Positions 1 through 9,700 of a stretch of 24,148 bases of DNA are shown one piece after another; position 1 is the stretch's first letter; each line of letters begins with the position of its first letter. The stretch comes from Perkinsela sp. CCAP 1560/9 (taxonomy: Eukaryota; Protista; Euglenozoa: Kinetoplastea). The position numbers and the translations under genes were made by a program. The notes beneath the pieces are model-generated. The model was given only the letters and a program-made list of their open reading frames with translations, was not told the origin of the DNA and made no database searches. The stretch covers positions 1 to 24,148 of the forward strand of contig CBFFSA010000078.1 in assembly GCA_965644495.1 (NCBI GenBank). The letters run 5' to 3'.

Positions 1-2
1 AA

Positions 3-1982
3 GTTCGAAGAGCTTTTGATATTGGGTCTGGTTCCATCAAGTGCCAGGTTGCTCGTGTCGATCTCGAACAAAATGTGATTGAAGAAAACCTCTTCTCCAA
101 ATCTTCACAAGTTCTCTTTCTTGAGAAAGTTTCTCAACAAAATAATTTCATTTCAAAAGAGAAACAAGAGGAGGGCCTTCGAAGTCTTCAAGATTTACTG
201 TCCTCCTGTCCTGGAGAGATTCATAACACAAGAGCGATTGCCACAGAAATCTTCCGTAAGTCTCAGAACGGCTCTGAAGTGATCGATTATTTCGAGAAGC
301 AAACTGGTCTTCAAATCTCCATCCTCCCTCCACACGAGGAAGCTTTACTCGGGTTTCGGAGTGCGAATGCTCTCACCACTCACCCAAAGAAGGGATTGAT
401 TTCATGGGACTGCGGAGCGGGATCCTTTCAATTTTCTTCTGATTCGGAAACCCATAGCGATTCTCTCGGTTCCGGAACTGCCTTAAAAGAGGCCCTTAGT
501 TTCTCAAAACAAGACAAGACTCCAAACCCATTCACACCAAATTCACTCCATCAACTCTTGAAGAGGTTATCGAACATCCTCAAACCTATCCCCGCATGGG
601 TGAACTCACCCACTTCGAATATTGTGGCGATTGGATCATCTCAATCCATTTTCAACCAACAGACCTTCTTAAGTGGACAAAACGTCATTACCATCCCAAA
701 GATCAAAGACATCCTCTCTCGATTGATGAACCTGACTGACAAAGAGATTTTTCTCCTTGAAAAAGAAATGTATGAACAACATTCCACATCTTCTTACATT
801 CTCAAAGAAGAAAATGCACCTTATGTCATCCCTAAACTTGCTCTCTTGCTGGCCGTGATGGAAAGCGCTTCCATTGAACAATTGGAGTTTTTTCTCACGA
901 ATGGGCACTGTGCTGCTATCCTTACGTCGCCTGACCTCTGGTCAGGTTCGTCTCCTTCTACAACAAACCCTTCCCCAACTAAAACAATTCGCACATCGTC
1001 ATCTAACCAGAGAAACGCCATCCCAGCAAATCAAAACAGATCATTCTCATCATCAGCAACCTCCACAATATCTTCTTGTGTTTCCCCAGACCAAACCCAG
1101 AAAAGACCTCTTTTTCAGCAAACAGAACAGCTCCCTACTCTTCTTACAGTGAACTGGCACGTCCAAAAAACTTGCAACTACAAATGCATCTTCTGCTATG
1201 CCCATTTTGAAGATTCCAAAGGGAATCTTCCCCCAAAGGATGGAATGGATATGTTGAATGCGCTCCGGCAAGTTGGTTTCTATAAAGTGAACTTTGCAGG
1301 AGGTGAGCCATTGATGAATAAACACCTCGGAGCGTACTTGCAATATGCGAAGAAAATTGGTCTTAAAACCTCGATCATCACCAATGCGAGTCTACTGACT
1401 GTCACCTGGCTTGAAACCTTCGGACCCTTTATTGACCAGATTGGAATTAGTTGCGATAGTCTGAACGATACTCTCAACAAGTCTCTTGGAAGAGGGTATG
1501 GCGCTCACGTAAAAATCACGCGCCGTGCACTCGAGAGGGTTCAACGGGTGAACGAGAAGTTTGACCTCAACATCAGGGTGAAGCTCAATACAGTTGTTAT
1601 GCGGCAGAATGCCAATGAAAATTTTACAAACTTTCTTTTGCAATCTGGGGTAGAGCGATGGAAAATCTTCAAAGTCTTGCCAATTGAGGGAGAGAATGAC
1701 CATGTTTACGATGAGATTTCAGTGTCAGAATCTGACTTCCAAAGCTTTGTGGATCGCCACCAGCACTTAAGTTCAACGGGGATTGCCATTGTACCTGAAA
1801 ATAATGAGGACATGACCGAGAGCTATCTGATGATCTCTCCTGATGGGAGGTTTTATCAGAATACCAATGGCGCCTATGAGTACTCTTCTTCTATTATTGA
1901 GAATGGGGTTGAAAAAGCTCTGAAAGAGATTGGGTTTCAGTACTCTAAATATTGTGTGAGAGGTGGCAACTATTCTTTGTGA
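3..1982 (+). CDS. RSAD2: Ppx/GppA-family phosphatase domain fused to a viperin (RSAD2-like radical SAM) domain; 5'-partial
   Basis: Frame 3 is open from nt 3 (VRRAFDIGSGSIKCQVARVD), so the true start lies upstream of the window. Ppx/GppA motifs: DIGSGS, AIATEIFRKSQNG, EEALLGF, WDCGAGSFQ. A Ser/Thr/Pro linker (~942-1148) follows. Viperin motifs: VNWH-x4-CNYKCIFCY (CxxxCxxC at 1173-1196), KVNFAGGEP, SIITNAS, GISCDS, KLNTVV, RWKIFKVLPIEGEN, ENNEDMTESYLMISPDGRF, C-terminal RGGNY. Confidence 0.92.
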   Translation, partial: VRRAFDIGSGSIKCQVARVDLEQNVIEENLFSKSSQVLFLEKVSQQNNFISKEKQEEGLRSLQDLLSSCPGEIHNTRAIATEIFRKSQNGSEVIDYFEKQTGLQISILPPHEEALLGFRSANALTTHPKKGLISWDCGAGSFQFSSDSETHSDSLGSGTALKEALSFSKQDKTPNPFTPNSLHQLLKRLSNILKPIPAWVNSPTSNIVAIGSSQSIFNQQTFLSGQNVITIPKIKDILSRLMNLTDKEIFLLEKEMYEQHSTSSYILKEENAPYVIPKLALLLAVMESASIEQLEFFLTNGHCAAILTSPDLWSGSSPSTTNPSPTKTIRTSSSNQRNAIPANQNRSFSSSATSTISSCVSPDQTQKRPLFQQTEQLPTLLTVNWHVQKTCNYKCIFCYAHFEDSKGNLPPKDGMDMLNALRQVGFYKVNFAGGEPLMNKHLGAYLQYAKKIGLKTSIITNASLLTVTWLETFGPFIDQIGISCDSLNDTLNKSLGRGYGAHVKITRRALERVQRVNEKFDLNIRVKLNTVVMRQNANENFTNFLLQSGVERWKIFKVLPIEGENDHVYDEISVSESDFQSFVDRHQHLSSTGIAIVPENNEDMTESYLMISPDGRFYQNTNGAYEYSSSIIENGVEKALKEIGFQYSKYCVRGGNYSL

Positions 1983-2325
1983 ACAAGAATCCTCTCTCAA
2001 ATCAGTCTTTCTCCGGCTCTTTCTCCAACATATTCCTGATGGATCCAATGATATTTTATTAATGATCAAAAATTCGAGAGTGTTTCTGCCCAGAAAGAGG
2101 GAGAGAATGACATCGAAAAAATGGGGATGAGATTCTTTTGGTTCGTCGAGTGGCTCGAGATCGATTCTGTGCAATAATTAAAACAAAGACCAGAAAAGAA
2201 AGAAATAAATAAACAGCAAAAAAAAAAATGAAATAATTTAAAGAATGCCCCTTCCAATAATAACCCAATAATAAAAAACAAAAAACAAATCAAAAAAATA
2301 ACAAAGTTCCAAACCACCTCCCAAT

Positions 2326-4452
2326 TTAGTTCCACAATTCAATGGATCTTTTCTCCCAATCCGAAACGAGAATTGAACCAGAAGGATCAACAACAACCCC
2401 ACGAGGTTTCCTCATGCGACCTTTACCAAATGAAAAAAGAAATGTTCCATCTTTCTCAAATACACTCACTCGTTCATTTCCCAATTCCGACACAACAATC
2501 CGACCTTCCCCATCCACATCAACACCTCTCGGATCCCCTAATTGAGATTCACCTGGACCTTCCGTCCCAAAACATCGAATAAAATTCCCTTCAATATCTA
2601 CCACTTTAATTCGATGATTCAAACCATCACAAATAACAATATTTCCCTCTCCATCAACCGTGACCCTGTAAGGTTTGTTCAACTGATCTTCCGAAGAACC
2701 AAACGAACCAAACGAACGAACAAAAGAGCCATCATTATCAAACACTTGAATTCGATGATTGTAAGTGTCACCAACGATAATGTTACCTTCTCTATCCACA
2801 TCGATTCCAAAAGGTTGGGCAAATTGACCAGGTTCAGAACCTCTTGAGCCAAATGATTTTATCAATTCTCCTTTTTTGTTTAATACGACAACTCGAAAAC
2901 GCTCTCGATACCAATCAAGAAGAACAATTTGATCATTTAATCCAATTGAAACATCAATAGGTTCCAAATGAAGTGATTCAATTGCTGTCTGAATTGGTTG
3001 AACGACATTTCCTTCTTTGTCTGTCACTCTCAACCCACCCTTCAATTCACTAATAAAAATATTCCCATCACTGTTCACACCCACTCCATAAGGTCCTTTT
3101 ATCGAAGAAACATAACGAAATCGATCACTCCCATCACAACAAATCGCTCCTTTCTTTGGTTTTGATAATAAGAGGGCTTCAACTTCCTCAGAAACAATAT
3201 CATTTGCAGTTTGAAGAAGAGTTGAAAAAAGTTGATCATCAAAAAGAGAAATATCAGTTGGCGTGTTGGATAATCGGATGATGGAATCTTGTCTGATTCT
3301 CAAATCTTCTTTCTCCAATTCGATTTCTTTCTTTTCAACTCTCTTCCTTTCTAACGTCTCTTCCAATTCTTTCATTTCTTCTTCAATTTTTTTTTTCTTC
3401 TTTTCAATAAAAATCAATCTTCTCTTGAATCTATCCCCAATCTTCACTACTTCATTCCTTTTCTTTAAAACACTTTCTTCAATCGATTTAACTTTCTCAT
3501 CGTGTATAGCATGCGTATCAAGAACACATCGAACACAAACAAAAAGAGAACATTCAAAACAATATCCACAAACCAACTCAGACGGGTGGTTTGAACATTC
3601 TTTCTTCTTCTTCTTCTTCTTCAATTTCCCATCATCACTCCCATCATCACTATCCCTCAAAACATTGGTGTTATTTCGTTGTTCACGTTTGTGATTTCGA
3701 GAGAAAAGAGTTGAAGTGTGAGATGGATCACAAGAATCACAAATGAACATTTGACAATTGGGACAGAACATTCTTGTTCGCTCTCCACACAATTCAAAAT
3801 TCGCACATTCCATTTCACCATCTATTTTTGGATGTTTTTCAAAAAAATAATTTCCAAACAAAACAAATTTGAGAAAAAAAAATTGAGAACAAAGAAAAAA
3901 GAGAAAAAGAAATCAAAATAAAGAAAAACCGGAGCAGTTGGAGAAAGAATGTGAAAAAGGATTTGATGAAGAAGAAAGAAGAATATCAATCGTTTCTGGG
4001 ATCAAATAATTCATTTCAAGGAGTTCAATTGTTTCGCATTCATTCACTTTTCTACACACTGGACATTTCACTCCTTTCTTTTCGGATAAAGAAGGTAAAG
4101 AAGAAGAAGAAGAAGAAGAAGTTGATGGATTTTGAAGGGAAGAGGGGGAAGAAGAAGGATTTTGAAGAAGAAAGAGTTTGTTGAGACAAGGGGAACAAAA
4201 AGAAAGACCACAGCAAGGTAACATCCTTGGTTCTTTCTCCCAATTCATCAACTCAAAACAAACCCCACATTCAAACCTCTTCTTCTTGTCTTCTTCTTTT
4301 TCGCTCTCGCTTCTGTTCACCACTTGTTCTTGTTCTTGTTCCTCTTCTTCTCTCTTTCCATCATCATCACAAACATCACGATAAACATCCAAATCTCTTT
4401 CCTCCTTCTTTCTTCCTCTTTCCTCCACTCCTCTCTTTCTCTTTCTATCCAT
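2326..4452 (-). CDS. TRIM-NHL protein (RING, B-box x2, coiled coil, NHL beta-propeller), ~672 aa; exons 4452-3930 and 3821-2326
   Basis: ORFs 3913-4452 and 2326-3861 join in frame through a 108-nt GT..AG intron (3929-3822, split codon G|AT = Asp). RING: CGVC..PCCGLSFCSPC..CPVC. B-boxes: CANFELC..FCPNC..ICDSC..H and CSNH..YCFEC..VCVRC..HAIH. An E/K-rich coiled coil follows, then NHL repeats such as FAQPFGIDVDREGNIIVGDTYNHRIQVF. Confidence 0.88.
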
Positions 4453-5226
4453 TTCACTTGAAAAAGAAAATAAAATTAGAAAATCCTAACAAAGAAAACA
4501 CACAAAAAAAAAACAAAAGAAAGAAGAAAAAAGAAATGAACCAACATTTCCTTCCAAAGAAAAGAGAAAGAACAAAAAAAAATAAAAAAGAGAGGAAATT
4601 CCAAAAAAAAAAAACGTCAAAAAACATCTTTATTTTGCAAAAAGAGAAAAGAGAAAGTCTTTCTTCTTCTCTTTTGTTTGCGAAAAAGAGTGTCGATTTT
4701 TCAAAAAGGGGTTCCGAAACTTTCAAAGCATTTAGTTTTGCAAACTCTGGCTGCCCTCCAGAACTTTTACTTTGTTCTCACAGCCACATTCACACTTCCT
4801 TCATCGTTTGAGGAATCAATTTCAAACGTCAACGCCATCATCTCCCAAAAGAGGAGGAGATGAGTTAGTTCTTCCTGGAAGAGAGTGAGAGGTTTGTCTC
4901 GCAAAACAAAAAAACAGTTTTGTTTTGTGTGTTTTTTACCTTTTGTTTGGAACAAAAGAGAGAATGTTCATTCACTTTTCAAAAAGAGGAATGTTGTGCT
5001 TTCGCTGAAGTGGTTTCTTTTCGGCCGCCTTTGCAAAAGAAAGACTTTTCTTTCTCGTTCTCAGAAAACTTTGCGGGGATTCTGTTTTGGAAGAATGTTT
5101 TCAGCGCAAAGTGGGGCCCTTCAGCAAGAAGGATAGAAACGAACACGTGTTCATCCAACACTCAATCGAGTTTGATGTCCTGACACAAAAAGATAAAACC
5201 CAAAAAGATAAAATTGAAATCAAAGA

Positions 5227-6501
5227 ATGGATCCTTCAACAGAACCAAATGAGATGTTATTACGCGCTCTCCAACACCATGGTTGCCCAGAAGCTTCTTT
5301 ATCTGAGTCTTCTCGTTGGATCGAAGTGCCAGGCCATCCCCCAGCGAATGCAGAAATTTTCTTTCGAAACACTGGAAGTGAAGATCACTTTCAACTTCAA
5401 TTAAATGCTCGGTTTGCTCTTGATGATGGGAGAGTGATCTGTGAGTCTGTGGTTGGACTGAGCGGCAGCAAAGAAGAAGCAATCTTGAAGGCTTTTCAAT
5501 CTTTTGGGATCAACTCTCTCCACACAATCCTTTGCGCGCTTTACGGTTACCCTTGTGATGACCAAGTTTCAATCGAGGTGATCGAATTTGAAGGCGAAAA
5601 CTGGGAAGTGATATTTGGTCCAATGGCAACCAACCGAGACCATAGTGTGATTCCAAAAGACTTTTCTGCCTTTGTAACTGATCAGATTTCCAAGAAGAAG
5701 AATGTTTCCCCCCACCATCTTCATTGGGCCAGGTTCTATTGGGGGCAACAAAATGGCGAATGTCTTGCTTCAGAAGCGTTATGGGATAATGAACCTTGGG
5801 AAGAAGCTCAAGAGGACATTAAAACTCTTGATTGGCCACAAGTGGATGGGTTCTATCAGGTTCGACAGTTTCTCATTCTTCGCAAACAAGGGGCTCCGGA
5901 ACAAGAAGGATCGTCCAATGCTCCAGTCATTGAGAAAGCCTTGAATACTCTTCTCTCTCTTATCGAAGAGAATCGGCAAATCAAAGATGAAGAAATTCGA
6001 GTCCGTCTTCGTCAAAGTGGGGTCTCTCCCTATTTGTCTTCCCAAATTGTTTTATTTGGACCAATGTGTGCTTCCTCTGTCCTTCTCCCTCGCTTAGGTT
6101 GCCCCTCCTATCCCACTCATTATCGTCTCCTGAAAGGCCCCTCTCCCCCCTCTGAAGAAGAATTCGAAAAAGAAGATAATCTTCTCTCTTTTAATGACAA
6201 TCCTGTGTTTTGTGTTGGGACACAATGGGCTTTTGGAGTGTCAGAAAAAGAATCTTTTTGGGATTTGGCTTCAAGATGTGCAATTTTTAGGGCTGTGAGT
6301 TCTCTTGTGTCGAAACAAACAGAGAAAGATTTATCATGTCTTGAATTTGGTATCCCAGTAGTTGTGGATGGTTCTTCTTCTCCTTCACAACAAGAAGAAA
6401 CCCAGGAGGTGGGAGACAGTGAGAATCCCGGCTCATCTTTTCTCTCTGTTACTAAAGACAAGGAGGTGGCAGACAAGGAGGACTCCTGCTCAATTCAGTA
6501 A
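5227..6501 (+). CDS. DUF6348-like protein with a C-terminal extension (424 aa, intronless)
   Basis: Clean ATG-to-stop ORF. The first ~220 aa resemble the bacterial DUF6348 family as recalled (DGRVICESVVG..AFQSF..SLHTIL..DQV..LHWARFY..EALWDNEPW..WP...GFYQVRQFLILR). Not searched. Confidence 0.65.
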   Translation: MDPSTEPNEMLLRALQHHGCPEASLSESSRWIEVPGHPPANAEIFFRNTGSEDHFQLQLNARFALDDGRVICESVVGLSGSKEEAILKAFQSFGINSLHTILCALYGYPCDDQVSIEVIEFEGENWEVIFGPMATNRDHSVIPKDFSAFVTDQISKKKNVSPHHLHWARFYWGQQNGECLASEALWDNEPWEEAQEDIKTLDWPQVDGFYQVRQFLILRKQGAPEQEGSSNAPVIEKALNTLLSLIEENRQIKDEEIRVRLRQSGVSPYLSSQIVLFGPMCASSVLLPRLGCPSYPTHYRLLKGPSPPSEEEFEKEDNLLSFNDNPVFCVGTQWAFGVSEKESFWDLASRCAIFRAVSSLVSKQTEKDLSCLEFGIPVVVDGSSSPSQQEETQEVGDSENPGSSFLSVTKDKEVADKEDSCSIQ

Positions 6502-6735
6502 CATCAAAATAAAAAGAAATAAAGAAATTTATTATTAATTAGGTTTTAAAATATGAGAATGTGTTCTGAGTTCTTTCTCTCTCTTTCTTTTCTCTTTCTT
6601 TCTCTCTTCTCAAACAAAATTGGGAGACAAAGTTCCGAAAATCAAGAGGAATAAAGCAAAGATTAAAAAAAAAATTAAATTAAAATAATAAAAAAAGAAA
6701 ATCAATAAAAAAAATGTGCCACTCTTCACCCTTGT

Positions 6736-9700
6736 TCACTTCACTTGTGAAGTTGTTAAAAATTCAAACAAAGCTTGGCCATGTCGCACTTCAAAAAGCT
6801 GAGCAGGAAAATTTTCATCAAACCAAACATAATCATCATCATCATCAATTTTCAACTCCAACATATCCTTCAAATCCAACCCAGGATCGATTTCATTTTC
6901 AACTCCCTTTCCTGAAAGTTGAGTCTGCAACAAATCTCGTAAAACTGGAAGGACAATCCGATGATATTTTCCCTTGTGGCCATCAAAATGTTTTTGAAGT
7001 TCTTCTTTGTGAGAAGGAAGGAGGTCTTCTGTGTAATTCGACAAAACATCATTCACCCCAATTTTCTCAACCAAATGTCGAAGATGGCAAAGTCGGATGT
7101 GTTCATTGACACTCGGAGGCGACACCTCATCCCAGTCACCCAGAGGGATCTCCAACACCTCAATAGCATAGTCTCTTAATAAAGCCTTCTCAAGTCCCAG
7201 TCTTTTGGCTGGAAATCCTCCAACAGTAAAAAAATCCGTGACAATCTTGATCTTCAACAGCAAAGCAACGATACGAGACTGGGTATTCACTTCAGCAAAA
7301 ATAAGATGCATGATGAAGTCGCTGACCGGAACTTGAGGAATTTGGGCACTAATATCAGTCACTCCCGCAACCTCACAAATGTCTCCTTTGTATTGATAGT
7401 ATTTGATGGATAATTCATTGCTCTGTTTGCCACCAAACACCCCAGAACGTAAAGAGTTTTCAATCGCCGAAAAATCATATTGAAAAGTGGAGTCCTTGCA
7501 AGAACTGAAAGCGGTGAGAAGAGGAATGAAGTCTTGTTGGCGGTTGTAAAAGATTAACTTTTGGCGAAGAGCGTGGGTTGGTGTTTCACATGAGATAATA
7601 GGTAAAATCGCGTTGTGGCCAGCAGCAGGAGGATCTCTCTGCTGTGGTTGTTCGTTTCTGTCGAGCCCAATCGCTCCCTCATGGATACGATGAAGATACA
7701 AAAGAAGTTGAACTGTACAATGGCCTTGGGCATCAATCTCTTTCCCTACTCTTGTGGCATTCGGAAGAGAAAAGAAGATGGGAGTGTCAGGGGTCATGGG
7801 ATTCGATTCCCCGGTCATTTTAAGATCCACCTGGCCATCTTCTGTTAAGAAGAAATTCTTGTTGCACTCGAATATGAGATCAACAATTGGGAAAGACTGA
7901 TTAAAGGCATCGCAGAAGCTACGGAGTACCCTTTGTCCTCTCTCTCGTTCATCCTGTGTAGGCAACGCCGAGAGAATATCAGCATTGGTAATTTTTTGGG
8001 CTTGAGCACGAGTGAGCTGATTGTCTTGGAAAACAGAGAAAAGAAGGTTGTGCCATTCTAAAATTGGTACAATACATCGAACCAACTCTAATCGATTTTC
8101 ATTTTCCAAGAACCCGTTGATCAACGGGTACTTCTCCTCAAAGGAGGGAACTGCGGTGGTTAACATGGTAAAGTGTTCCAGACTGACTGACGGGGAGAAC
8201 CTCCACATTTGGGATGGGGGCAAGAATGATTCCAAAAGTCCATCCCACATTTGTTGGCCCAAACATCGCTGCAAGATCAATTCGCGCTGGGACGTTTGCC
8301 AAGAAGAATCCACTCGATGCTTGATGGTGTTCTGGATATCATTCATTACAGAACGAACCGATGTATTTGCTGTAGTTTCGAGTTCTTGAATTGGTTGTTT
8401 GGAACTCAAAGTACTTCCATGAATCCAGAAAGGGTCTTTGTCAATCAACAAACAGAGAGAAGCATTCAACAAAACACCGTTGAGTAAGCTATCCAACCGA
8501 TTCCGATGAATAAGGTCATCAAAATCACGACCAACAAGAAACATAATTTCGTCTCGCAATTTTTCATCGTTAGGATAACGAACAAGTTTTGAAACACCAT
8601 CTGGGGAACCATTCGGGATCGTAAGAGATGTAAATAGACAAGTGTTCACAAGTAAGCGAATAAAATTGGTGGTATAGTGCTCTATGCGTCTGATGTTTTC
8701 TCCGTGAACATATTGATAGCCTAGATGTGATGAGAGTTCCATCAATGGGTTGACTTTGGCCTCTTTGACTCCAGCAACGCTTCGATGATTTTGACCTCCA
8801 ATATCCGCACCACAAGTAGGACACTTTCCCCTTTGCATTGGCATACCACACTCTCCAACACAGTAAGGATGACCATTTGGACACTCAAACCTAAAAGATA
8901 TTTGTTAGAAGAGATAAAGAAACAAACAAAAACAAAAAAAACAAACCATCGGAGACCGACAAGAATAGGATCGAATTTTGATGCTGGCAAGTAACGATCT
9001 GTAAATTTGCTAGGCTCAACTAAAAGACAAGCTAACCAAGAAGAAGGATTCGCAGATGCTCCAATGAGAATGCGAAGTTGGACCTGCAAGAGAATCTTCG
9101 CCTTATTTCCAAGAGGTTGTCCCTCCTCTGTAGTTGCTGCAACGATATTTCGTGGGAGGGAGGGAGAATCAAGCTCTGGGAAACTTGAGAGAAGAATAAT
9201 GTTGATTGCAAAAGGGAGAATTGCAGACAAGAATTGGAAGGATGGCTTTACCCTCAATCCTTCTGACAAACTCTTGCCAAGAGCATTCGCTCGTTTCAAA
9301 ATTCGTTCCTTATTTTTCCTCTCAACCGAAGCCAGATTCTTGATTTGGTAATGCAAAGCAGGGATCAACAACTTCTCGGGGTGTTTCACATCAAGGATCA
9401 TCAAAACTTTTTTCTCATTTAGAATATCATCTTGAAGGCACTCTTTAATTAGGGTTTCTAATTCTTGGAGTTCAGAACCACGATTAGACTTCGCAACAAG
9501 AGGACCAAATGGGCAATCTTCGACAACAATCTGTAAAGCACTTTGATCATAGCGAACCCAATCACACATTTTATCCTCCTGCATAAACAAAAAGCAGAGA
9601 ATACAATCAAGACCCGCCATATCTTTCATTGCCTTGAACACAAACACACGAAAGTTCTCTGCTTGATCAGGAGAAAGAAGCTTGTTGAAGTACGCCGAAA

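Noticed and set aside
75-77. Track start codon for the first ORF
   Set aside because: It is GTG, and the frame is open to the window edge with the DIGSGS motif upstream of it.
4453-5226. Short ORFs between the TRIM and DUF6348-like genes
   Set aside because: Low-complexity K/F-rich translations of A/T tracts with no motif. This is likely a divergent promoter region.
8742-8946. Apparent transmembrane C-terminus of the 958-aa ORF
   Set aside because: It results from reading through the 56-nt intron into the wrong frame.
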